From Nitrospirota bacterium (lineage in GTDB: Bacteria; Nitrospirota; Nitrospiria; JACQCE01), in NCBI GenBank assembly GCA_016201765.1, contig JACQCE010000062.1, positions 11,419 to 75,418 on the forward strand: a DNA stretch of 64,000 bases, read 5' to 3'. The position numbers and the translations under genes were made by a program. Of the stretch, positions 27,973 through 36,418 are shown one piece after another. Numbering within the stretch: the first letter of the stretch is position 1; the number at the start of each line of letters is the position of its first letter. The notes below the pieces were generated by a model that was not told the origin of the DNA, did no database searches, and worked only from the letters and a program-made list of their open reading frames with translations.

Positions 27973-30159
27973 ATGAACCGGACACATCACATCATGCGGC
28001 CGATCGGATCCAGCGGGCGGCGTCTGCTCCTGCCCGCAAACCTTGTTGCAATCTGCGTGATCGGGCTGCTGGCCCCGCAGGCCGCACCGGCTGCACCAAC
28101 ACCGACTCACGACCAGCTTCAGCAGCGGCTCGGCCAGACCATCGTCATGGTGGCCCGGCACGATCAAGCGCTCCTGGACCGACAGGTGGAGCAGATGACC
28201 CGGCTGATGCGGGGAAGCACACGGTTCCAGCAGGGCCAGGCCGGGCGGATAGAGGAAAGTCTCGGGCTCGCCATCATCAAGACGGCGGGCTCGATTCAGG
28301 AGGAGCAGTCCGCTCTGAAGAGTCGCATGATCCTTATTGGCCGTGAGCTTGATCTGCTGTCGGAAGATTCCGCGGCCGGCCGTCAGACACAACTGGGGTG
28401 GGCGGTTCGCACGGCCGCGCAACGCGCGCCACAAGGCGGCGCGGCCTTTCAGGCCGCGCTGGGGAAGGAGATCACCCGGCTGGAACAGGTCCGGCAACGC
28501 ACGACCATCCGCCTGCAGGATGAGCTGCGCGCTCTGAAACGCCTGGACGCCGACTTTGCCCAAACCATTCCGCAACGTTACCAGAAGGCCATGGAGTCCA
28601 CCCGCCTGACGGTTCTCATGGCGGATGACTCCACTGTCGTCTGGACCGACCGACAACTCCAGGAATTGTCCCATCAGGTGCTGCAGCAACAATCTTCACA
28701 AGTCTATGCGCAACTGGCCGGCCTCACGCGGGCGGCCCTGACCGCGCCGGCCGGCGTCGGCGGGTTCATCGAATACGGCCTGGCCGCCATGACCGGAGCG
28801 ATGGCCGTCATGGTGTGGTTCGGCCTATCGACCAGAAAGGAGAGAGCCCCGTTGCCCGTCAATCCCACAGACGAGGCCGTGTCATCACTGCGCCGCTGGA
28901 GCATGCAAGGCGGCTCGGGGAACGGGGGCAACAGCCACGAGGCGAATATCCTGTCCCAGCTCGTCACATTCTTCAGCTGGCCCAGGGAGATCGTCTTCGG
29001 CAACAACGTGATCGGAACCATCGGGCGGTATGCCGAGAGGGAACGGATCAAGAGGGCGTTGGTGATCACGTCCCGGGACCTTCATCACCATGGCCTGCTC
29101 GAACCGCTGAAGGCATCCTTGTCGCACAGCGGGATTGCGTTCCGCGTCTACGACCACGTCGAGCACGACGTGCCCGACGTGGTCATCGCCAATGCCGGCA
29201 AAGAGTACCAACGAATGGCCACCGATCTGATTGTCGCAGTCGGCGGTGGGAGCGTCATTGACACGGCGAAAGCGGTGGGGATCCTTGCCACCAACGGTGG
29301 CCTCATCCAAGACTACGAAGGCTTGGACACCATCCCATCACCGCTGCCCCATTTTTTCGCCGTGCCCACCACCGCCGGCTGCGGCAGCGAAACGAGCCAG
29401 TTCTGCGTCGTGCTGGATACCGCGCACAAACGGAAACTGGAGATCGTCAGCCGTCTGGTCATTCCGCAGATGATCTTCATCGATCCGACGCTGATGGTCA
29501 GCATGCCGCGCGAACTGACGGCCGGCAGCGGAATCGATGCGTTAAGCAACGCGATCGAAGCCTACTGCTCCACGTGGGCCAGCCCCCTGACCGACACCCT
29601 GGCGCTGGACGCCGTCAGGCTGATCTCGGAGTCGTTGCGCACGGCCGTGGCCGACGGCAGCAATCTCGAAGCCCGGCGCCAGATGGCCGTGGCCGCATTT
29701 GAAGCCGGCCTGGCGTTCAACAACGCGCAGTGCGGAGCGGCGCACGCCCTGGGCCATCCGGTGGCCGGTCTGTTCAACGTGCCGGAGCGGGTGAGCGAAG
29801 CCATCTTGCTGCCGCATGTCATGCGGTACAACCTGGAAACCAACATGGCCAGGATGGCGCAACTGGCCGTGGCCATGGGGGAGTCGGTGGAAGGTCTCAC
29901 CCAACAGGAAGCGGCCGAGCAGGCGATCTCCGCCGTGCAATGGCTGCTGCTGGATATCGGTCTTCCAGCGACTTTTGACAAGCTTGGTGTCGCCAATGAC
30001 GCCATCCCCGAACTCGCCCGGCAAGCCGCGCAGGATTTCTTTCTGCGGACGAATCCTCGAACGCTCACCCGGGGGGAGATCGAGCAACTGTACCACCAAG
30101 CGTTTCAAAAGTTCGGCAGAGATACGGTGCATCGCAAAACCGCCGGCGTCATCCTGTGA
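27973..30159 (+). CDS. Membrane-anchored periplasmic-domain / iron-containing alcohol dehydrogenase-like fusion protein 2 (728 aa)
   Basis: SD GGAGG; signal-like N-terminus; TM after GGFIEYG; ADH domain closely similar to paralogue 1. Confidence 0.85.
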   Translation: MNRTHHIMRPIGSSGRRLLLPANLVAICVIGLLAPQAAPAAPTPTHDQLQQRLGQTIVMVARHDQALLDRQVEQMTRLMRGSTRFQQGQAGRIEESLGLAIIKTAGSIQEEQSALKSRMILIGRELDLLSEDSAAGRQTQLGWAVRTAAQRAPQGGAAFQAALGKEITRLEQVRQRTTIRLQDELRALKRLDADFAQTIPQRYQKAMESTRLTVLMADDSTVVWTDRQLQELSHQVLQQQSSQVYAQLAGLTRAALTAPAGVGGFIEYGLAAMTGAMAVMVWFGLSTRKERAPLPVNPTDEAVSSLRRWSMQGGSGNGGNSHEANILSQLVTFFSWPREIVFGNNVIGTIGRYAERERIKRALVITSRDLHHHGLLEPLKASLSHSGIAFRVYDHVEHDVPDVVIANAGKEYQRMATDLIVAVGGGSVIDTAKAVGILATNGGLIQDYEGLDTIPSPLPHFFAVPTTAGCGSETSQFCVVLDTAHKRKLEIVSRLVIPQMIFIDPTLMVSMPRELTAGSGIDALSNAIEAYCSTWASPLTDTLALDAVRLISESLRTAVADGSNLEARRQMAVAAFEAGLAFNNAQCGAAHALGHPVAGLFNVPERVSEAILLPHVMRYNLETNMARMAQLAVAMGESVEGLTQQEAAEQAISAVQWLLLDIGLPATFDKLGVANDAIPELARQAAQDFFLRTNPRTLTRGEIEQLYHQAFQKFGRDTVHRKTAGVIL

Positions 30160-30209
30160 ACGGGCTCCATGACTGACCGGCCGCACGCTCCCCGGTCGCC
30201 GGTTACTTG

Positions 30210-30291
30210 ATGTGGGGACCCGTGCGGAAAGAGCGAGGAAAGGTCCTCCGATGCCCCCACACCCCAAGCCACCGTTCATGTCCCATTGGCC
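30210..30291 (-). repeat. 82-bp dispersed hairpin repeat, intergenic copy
   Basis: 68/82 ungapped identity (hand count) to 34423..34504. Confidence 0.85.
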
Positions 30292-30369
30292 ACCGTAGCC
30301 CTTGATTCTTTCTTAGCCCGTGCGGAGAGATTTCGGAATCCAGCCGCCTGATCGACTCGAGTCTTCGCC

Positions 30370-31428
30370 TCATACTCGCACCTCTTTCCAGAGGGCCGCC
30401 ACAAGCGCATCAAACTGATGCCGATCCCCATGCAGCAGTGCGGGACGGAGTTGGAATTGTGTCTGATCCTGCATGCCGAGTCCCACGTCCCGCGCGTGCT
30501 TGATCTGCCGCTGCTCCCACACGCCGATCTTGCTCACACCTTCCCATTTGTTAAAGTGCTTGATCAACGCGAGGCCCGTCACATCGGCGGCGATCCGGTC
30601 GCCGCTGGCCATGATCAGGTTGGTCTTCTCCGACGGTCCCTCCCACGGGCCGTCAGCGACCATAATCGTCGTCGCATCGACGATGTTGAGGATCGGATGG
30701 ACGGCCAGGTTCAGTTCGGCAATCACTTCTTCCCACTTCGCCGGATTGACGCGATACGGCCGGTGGCGCGGATGGGTCACGCCGACCAGATTCTTCAGGC
30801 AGATCGAATAGACGGCGTTCCGGTGGGTTTTGACCACCGGCACATTCACGAACAGATCGGCCTCATAGACCGGCCTGGCAATGTGAATACTCGGCGTCAG
30901 CCAGGCGCCGGGCGGCTTCAACTCGATCCACTCCGCGTCATCAAAATCGATGACCTCGGCCCCCGCCTCCCGCGCGGCCCGGGCAATGCCCGTCCGTTCA
31001 AGATTCTTGCTCGTCGGCAATCTCATCATCGCGGACATATCGCCCACGATCACGCGCTTGGCGCCCGCCTCCCTGAACAATCGGACGACGCTGCGCACCG
31101 CCTCCGGATTGGTCGTGGCCGGCGGCGGCTCGCCCGACAGGACATTGGGTTTGACCAGGACGGTTTTGCCCCGGACGGACAGGCGATCCAAGCCGCCGAT
31201 CAGCTTGACCGCTTCGCGGACCATGTGGTCGACATCTTCTCCGCGCACGACGCTGACGAGCACCTTGCCGTCCTTGATAAACGGATTGGGCGGCGGGCGT
31301 CTCCAGACGCCGACATCACCCTTTGGGGAGAACAGCGAACGGAACAATCCGAATGGATTCATGCCGAGGAGGAATGCGGGCGTCAGCAGCCCGAAGCGGT
31401 GGAGCATCTCCCGGCGCGAGGGAGCCAT
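30370..31428 (-). CDS. DUF362 domain protein with Tat-like signal
   Basis: SRREML; VLVKPN, TTNP, PVVKTH, CLKNLVG. Confidence 0.85.
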   Translation of the reverse strand: MAPSRREMLHRFGLLTPAFLLGMNPFGLFRSLFSPKGDVGVWRRPPPNPFIKDGKVLVSVVRGEDVDHMVREAVKLIGGLDRLSVRGKTVLVKPNVLSGEPPPATTNPEAVRSVVRLFREAGAKRVIVGDMSAMMRLPTSKNLERTGIARAAREAGAEVIDFDDAEWIELKPPGAWLTPSIHIARPVYEADLFVNVPVVKTHRNAVYSICLKNLVGVTHPRHRPYRVNPAKWEEVIAELNLAVHPILNIVDATTIMVADGPWEGPSEKTNLIMASGDRIAADVTGLALIKHFNKWEGVSKIGVWEQRQIKHARDVGLGMQDQTQFQLRPALLHGDRHQFDALVAALWKEVRV

Positions 31429-31436
31429 CGCCGCTG

Positions 31437-31829
31437 TTACGCTCGATTGGAGCGGGGCCGCTCGATCAACTCAATCTCGTATTTGTCCGGGGCGTCGATA
31501 AAACAGAACCGGCCGCCGGATGACGACGTCGTCGGACCATCGGTGAGGGGAATGCCCTTGGCCTTCAATTGAGCGATCGTCCGATCCAGATTGTCCACTT
31601 CGAACGCCAGATGAACCAGATCCTCCGGCACCTGCACGGCGCCGCTGGCCGGAAACGAGCAGAGCTCGATTTCTTCGTCACTATTGGGCACGCGCAGAAA
31701 GGCCAGTTCCGATCCGCGCGGCGAGCGATGGCGCTCCGTCACCTCCAGCCCCAGGACGTCCCGATAGAACCGGATCGTTTCATCGAGATTGTTCACCCGC
31801 ATCCGGGTATGGAGTAACTTCGTAATCAC
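31437..31829 (-). CDS. VOC family protein, lactoylglutathione lyase-like
   Basis: LLHTRMRV, FYRDVLG, HLAFEV, FIDAPDKYEIELIE. Confidence 0.88.
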   Translation of the reverse strand: MITKLLHTRMRVNNLDETIRFYRDVLGLEVTERHRSPRGSELAFLRVPNSDEEIELCSFPASGAVQVPEDLVHLAFEVDNLDRTIAQLKAKGIPLTDGPTTSSSGGRFCFIDAPDKYEIELIERPRSNRA

Positions 31830-31870
31830 GAGGCGGAGCCTAGCGCGATGTTCGGTATCCTGTCAAGAGA

Positions 31871-31988
31871 AGGTAGCTAGGTCGTCAGGTAGCCAGGTGG
31901 CTAGACAAACAAATCAGTATTTCCCCGAGTGACCTAGCCACCTTTGCAGTTCCCAGCTCTACCTAGCCACCTAGTTACCCAGCCACCT
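31871..31988. repeat. Octamer tandem-repeat hairpin, third copy
   Basis: AGGTAGCT/AGGTGGCT x4 ... AGCCACCT-like units. Confidence 0.8.
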
Positions 31989-32027
31989 TTTTTCCCTCTA
32001 TTGACTTCCTCCAAAACGACCGATAGG

Positions 32028-32627
32028 ATGCCGATTGTGACGGTTCCATCGTCGAGCGTGCCGCCGATTGACCGCCTGCTCTCCTCGGTCAAATGGCTGA
32101 ATCCTGAGGAGTTTCTCTCCGGCGGAGGAGGTTTGCCCGCCCCCCTGTGGCGCGCCCTCCTCCTGACCGACGGATCAACGACCCTGTTTCTTCAGGCACT
32201 CTGCCGGACAACCATCACGCTGGAGATGATTGATCAACGGACGGCCCCCCTGCCGCCGCCGCTGACCGGCTTGCTGAAGATCGAACCGAACCGGCCGGTG
32301 CTGCAACGGCATGTCTGGCTGACCGACGGCCGCCGCCGGCTGGCCCTCGGCTATGCCCTCATTTCGCTCGAACAGCTCAGTCCCACGCTTCGGGAGCAAC
32401 TGGTCGCGGGCACGCGCCCCATCGGCCTGCTGGCCGATGAAGCGGGACGGTCGCTGCGCGATCAGTTGCAGGTGGGCAGTCTGACCGATGCCGGACTGGC
32501 CCGACAGTTCGGCGTCACGGCCGATACCTTCTGGTGCCGCCGCTATCGATTAAGAATTCCCGACGCCATGACGGCCGCCATCATCGAAATCTTCTCCCCC
32601 GTGTTGGATCACCTGCCGTCTCCGTGA
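32028..32627 (+). CDS. Chorismate pyruvate-lyase-like protein (UbiC/DUF98)
   Basis: LLLTDGSTT, RHVWL, PIG, RRY, IIEIFSP; adjacent to ubiA. Confidence 0.8.
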   Translation: MPIVTVPSSSVPPIDRLLSSVKWLNPEEFLSGGGGLPAPLWRALLLTDGSTTLFLQALCRTTITLEMIDQRTAPLPPPLTGLLKIEPNRPVLQRHVWLTDGRRRLALGYALISLEQLSPTLREQLVAGTRPIGLLADEAGRSLRDQLQVGSLTDAGLARQFGVTADTFWCRRYRLRIPDAMTAAIIEIFSPVLDHLPSP

Positions 32628-32655
32628 GCGGCCGTCAGATCAGTCCTTTCTCCGC

Positions 32656-33540
32656 ATGAGCCGTGTGGCCGACAAGCTGATCGCCTTGGCCGAGCTGATC
32701 CGCCTGGAAAAACCCTACGGCGCGCTGCTGCTGCTCTGGCCCTCTCTCTGGGCCTTGATGATCGCCGGCGAAGGGCGTCCGCCGGTGTGGGTGGTCGCGC
32801 TCTTCTGTCTGGGCGCCTGGGTGATGCGCAGCGCCGGCTGCGCGATGAACGATCTGGCCGACCGCCGGATCGACGCGCAGGTGGCGCGCACGAAGAGCCG
32901 GCCGCTGCCGTCGGGCCGCCTGACGCCGGCCGACGCCGTCGGCGTGATCGCCGTGCTGCTCCTCGCGGCCGCCTGGATCGTCTGGCAACTGCCGCCGCTC
33001 ACCCGCTGGCTGAGCCTGCCCGGCGTCCTGCTGGCCGCGGGCTATCCGTTGACCAAGCGTTTTTTCCCCGCCCCCCAATTCGTCATGGGCGTCGCCTTCG
33101 GGTGGGGCGTGCCGATGGCCTGGTCGGCCGTGCGCGGAAACCTCGACCCGACCGCCTGGCTGCTTTTCTTCGCCACGGTCTGCTGGGCCGCCGCCTATGA
33201 CACGATCTATGCGCTCATGGATGTGGCCGACGACAGCCGGCTGGGCGTCCACTCGACCGCCCGCCTCTTCGGCCGGCAGAGCTGGCTGGCCGTCATTGGA
33301 TTGGAGCTCGCCATGCTGGTGCTGCTCGTCTGGGCCGGCCGCCGGGCCGATCTGCATCTGCTCTATTTTTCGTCGCTGGGGGCCGCCGGCCTCCTCTTCC
33401 TTTACCAGCTGTCGCATGTTAAAATGCAGCCCGATCGTGAGACGGCGTTTCGTCTCTTTCGCGCGCACGTCGGTGTGGGATTGGTGATTCTACTCGGTAT
33501 TGAGTTGGACTACGCCCTGATTCCAATGATCATCCGTTAA
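32656..33540 (+). CDS. ubiA: 4-hydroxybenzoate polyprenyltransferase
   Basis: RLEKPYG, RSAGCAMNDLADRRID, RTKSRPL, YDTIYALMD. Confidence 0.92.
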   Translation: MSRVADKLIALAELIRLEKPYGALLLLWPSLWALMIAGEGRPPVWVVALFCLGAWVMRSAGCAMNDLADRRIDAQVARTKSRPLPSGRLTPADAVGVIAVLLLAAAWIVWQLPPLTRWLSLPGVLLAAGYPLTKRFFPAPQFVMGVAFGWGVPMAWSAVRGNLDPTAWLLFFATVCWAAAYDTIYALMDVADDSRLGVHSTARLFGRQSWLAVIGLELAMLVLLVWAGRRADLHLLYFSSLGAAGLLFLYQLSHVKMQPDRETAFRLFRAHVGVGLVILLGIELDYALIPMIIR

Positions 33541-33554
33541 CCCGTTGCCCTCCG

Positions 33555-34388
33555 TTGCCACACCACCGCCTCGTTCGATCGCTTGTGCTGCTCTCGGCCG
33601 TCATCCTGCCCTCCCTGTTCGGCGGTCCGGCGGGCTGTCAGCGACCCGCCGCCGCCCCGGGCATGGTCTGGATCCCCGGAGGCCCCTTCACCATGGGCAC
33701 CGATGAGACGGACGCGGAAGGGCGGGCACTGGAGTTCGGCCTGACCAAGCCGTGGTTTGAAGACGAGCATCCCACGCATACGGTCAACCTGCCCGGCTTT
33801 TATCTGGACCGTAATGAAGTGACCAACGCCGATTTTGCCGCCTATGTGGCTGCCACCGGCGCAAGGGTCCCGGGAACCTGGAAAGCCGCCACCTATCCCG
33901 GCGGCGAGTCGAACATGCCGGTGGCCAGCGTGAACTGGTACCAGGCGAATGACTATTGCGCCTGGGCGAAGAAACGGCTGCCGACCGAGGCGGAATGGGA
34001 GAAGGCGGCCCGGGGCACCGACGGACGACTCTATCCCTGGGGCAACGACTTCTCGCTCGACAAGGCGAATCTCATGTCCGGCTCGGTGCAGCCGGTGGGC
34101 CTGTTTGCGCGCGAGCCGAGCCCCTACGGCGTGAACGATCTGGTCGGCAACGTCTGGGAATGGACGGCGGACTGGTATCTGCCCTATCCGGGATCGACCG
34201 CCGCCTCAAAAGATTTCGGCCAGAAATTCAAAGTGGTGCGCGGCAAGTCCTGGACCAAGGGCTTCGGCCATCAGGAGAAGGCGGAGGTGAGCCAGATCAT
34301 CGCCCATGAAGCGCGCGGCGGCTTTCGGCTCTATTTCGATCCGGTTTTCGGATTCAACGACCTGGGGGTCAGATGCGCAAAATCTTAA
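33555..34388 (+). CDS. FGE/SUMF1-like (FGE-sulfatase domain) lipoprotein 1
   Basis: RLPTEAEWEKAARG, YPWG, GNVWEW, GVRC; no CxxxxC. Confidence 0.88.
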   Translation: MPHHRLVRSLVLLSAVILPSLFGGPAGCQRPAAAPGMVWIPGGPFTMGTDETDAEGRALEFGLTKPWFEDEHPTHTVNLPGFYLDRNEVTNADFAAYVAATGARVPGTWKAATYPGGESNMPVASVNWYQANDYCAWAKKRLPTEAEWEKAARGTDGRLYPWGNDFSLDKANLMSGSVQPVGLFAREPSPYGVNDLVGNVWEWTADWYLPYPGSTAASKDFGQKFKVVRGKSWTKGFGHQEKAEVSQIIAHEARGGFRLYFDPVFGFNDLGVRCAKS

Positions 34389-35470
34389 TCATGGCCGCAA
34401 GCATGCTTTACCTCGCGGCTGCGGCCAACGGGCAAACAACGGTGGCTCGGGGCGTGGGGGCATCGGAGGACCCTTCTTCGCTTGTGCCACACGGGCCCCC
34501 ACATTTAATGAAGCCCGCCTGCCGCCAGTGCCACATTGATGGGAAGAAACCCGTGGCCGATTACTCAAGCAATCCCGAATGCCGGGAATGCCATCTGCCT
34601 GACGGCAGAGCCTCCGGGCCGCCGACCGCCCCGGCCATTGCGGCGCCGGTTGCCGCCGGCGCGAATCCGCCGCATGCCGCGACCTCGGTCCAGTCTGGGG
34701 AGACGATCATCACGCAGAAAATGGTCTCCATCCCGGCCGGGCCGTTCTGGATGGGCAACAACGGCCGGGGCGCCGACGGTCCCGGCGACGAGGATGAACA
34801 GCCCCTGCATCAGGTCACGGTTGAGGCCTATTCAATGGACGTCTATGAAACCACCAATGCGATGTTCAAAGAGTTCGTCGACGCCGTCAACTATGCGACA
34901 CCCAAACTGTGGAAGAACGGCGTCTATCCAAGCGGCAAGGCCAACCATCCGGTCACGTACGTGTCATGGTTTGATGCGGAGGAATTCTGCCGGTGGGCCG
35001 GCAAGCGGCTGCCGACCGAGGCGGAATGGGAAAAGGCCGCCCGCAGCCCGGACAAACGGATCTTCCCCTGGGGGAATCAATTCGATCCGATGAAGGCCAA
35101 CACGCCGCAATACTGGATGGCCATCCATCAGAATGACACGGCTGATACCATGCCTGTCGGCAGTTTTGAGGCCGGGAAAAGCCCCTATGGCCTCTACGAC
35201 ATGTCGGGCAACGTCTATGAATGGGTCAATGATTGGTACACCCAGTATCCGGGCAACCGGTTTCCCAACGATCATTACGGCGCGAAGAACAAGATCGTCC
35301 GCGGGGGGTCGTGGTACGACTGCCTCTCCTACGGCTGCGGCTTGAGTTCCCCCACCTATAACCGCAGCCGGTTCAACCCAGACATCCGCAACAAGGGATT
35401 CGGATTCCGCTGTGCAAAATCCGCCCACGGACGCGCCAAATCCACAACCGGACAGCGAGGCGAGCCATGA
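34373..35470 (+). CDS. Di-heme cytochrome c / FGE-sulfatase domain fusion
   Basis: Signal peptide, CRQCH, CRECH, Pro/Ala linker, FGE domain with RGGSWYDCLSYGC. Confidence 0.85.
   Translation: MRKILIMAASMLYLAAAANGQTTVARGVGASEDPSSLVPHGPPHLMKPACRQCHIDGKKPVADYSSNPECRECHLPDGRASGPPTAPAIAAPVAAGANPPHAATSVQSGETIITQKMVSIPAGPFWMGNNGRGADGPGDEDEQPLHQVTVEAYSMDVYETTNAMFKEFVDAVNYATPKLWKNGVYPSGKANHPVTYVSWFDAEEFCRWAGKRLPTEAEWEKAARSPDKRIFPWGNQFDPMKANTPQYWMAIHQNDTADTMPVGSFEAGKSPYGLYDMSGNVYEWVNDWYTQYPGNRFPNDHYGAKNKIVRGGSWYDCLSYGCGLSSPTYNRSRFNPDIRNKGFGFRCAKSAHGRAKSTTGQRGEP
34423..34504 (+). repeat. 82-bp dispersed hairpin repeat, in-frame intragenic copy
   Basis: Homologous to the reverse complement of 30210..30291. 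Confidence 0.85.
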
Positions 35471-36294
35471 AACAATGGTCATTGTTCACGTGGGCCGCGC
35501 TCGCGGCGCTGCTCGTGCTATCGGCTGCCTGCCAGAAACCGCCCCACGGCATGGTGCTCATTCCGGCCGGGGAGTTCATCATGGGCACGGACGAAGTGGA
35601 TACGGACAAGATCGGGCTCGGATACGGCATCGTCAAGCCCTGGTTCGACGACGAACATCCGAAGCGGCGGTTCTCCCTTCCCGCCTATTACATCGACCAA
35701 TACGAGATTACCAACGAGCAATACCAGGCGTTTCTGGTGGAGAGCAATCGCCGTCCGCCCCGGTACTGGCCCAACAATCAGTATCCGGCCGGCAAGGATC
35801 GCCATCCGGTGACGTGGATCACCTGGGAGGATGCCGACGCCTATTGCCGGAGGGCCGGCAAACTGTTGCCGACAGAGGCGCAGTGGGAGAAAGCGGCCCG
35901 GGGGCCCAACGGCCTGATCTATCCCTGGGGCAATGACTTTGATCCGGCCAAGGCGAACGTCGGCGGCTCAGCCGGCGGCACCAAACCGATCGGCAGCATC
36001 GAAGCGGGCAAGAGTCCGTACGGCGTGTACGACATGACCGGCAACGTCTGGGAATGGACGGCCGATTGGTATGAGCCCTACCCCGGCGCGCAATTCACCG
36101 CCGGGTTCTACGAGGATAAACTGGGGCACCGGTACAAGGTGATCCGTGGCCTCTCCTGGTCGCCGATCGGCCACTATGACGCCGAAGACGCCAAGGCGGT
36201 CATGCGCCACTACGCACGGGCGTCCTACCGGTTGTTTTACTATCCGAACGACGGGCTGGAGGATCTGGGGTTCCGATGCGTCAAACCGGCATAA
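35467..36294 (+). CDS. FGE/SUMF1-like lipoprotein 3
   Basis: Lipobox LSAAC; LPTEAQWEKAARG, GNVWEW, GFRC; ATGA overlap with the previous gene. Confidence 0.88.
   Translation: MKQWSLFTWAALAALLVLSAACQKPPHGMVLIPAGEFIMGTDEVDTDKIGLGYGIVKPWFDDEHPKRRFSLPAYYIDQYEITNEQYQAFLVESNRRPPRYWPNNQYPAGKDRHPVTWITWEDADAYCRRAGKLLPTEAQWEKAARGPNGLIYPWGNDFDPAKANVGGSAGGTKPIGSIEAGKSPYGVYDMTGNVWEWTADWYEPYPGAQFTAGFYEDKLGHRYKVIRGLSWSPIGHYDAEDAKAVMRHYARASYRLFYYPNDGLEDLGFRCVKPA
36188..36294 (+). repeat. 107-bp direct repeat, left copy (3' end of FGE gene 3)
   Basis: 4 mismatches to 38018..38124. Confidence 0.95.
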
Positions 36295-36418
36295 TAGTCC
36301 CAAGAACCTCGGTTCCTTGAATCTTAAAGGTATTTCTCCTATAATTTCATCATTCTAAGTCTTTGTGGCCTTATTATCTCGGCCGGTGTTGATCCATGTA
36401 CACGTCAAGGAGGCTGGT

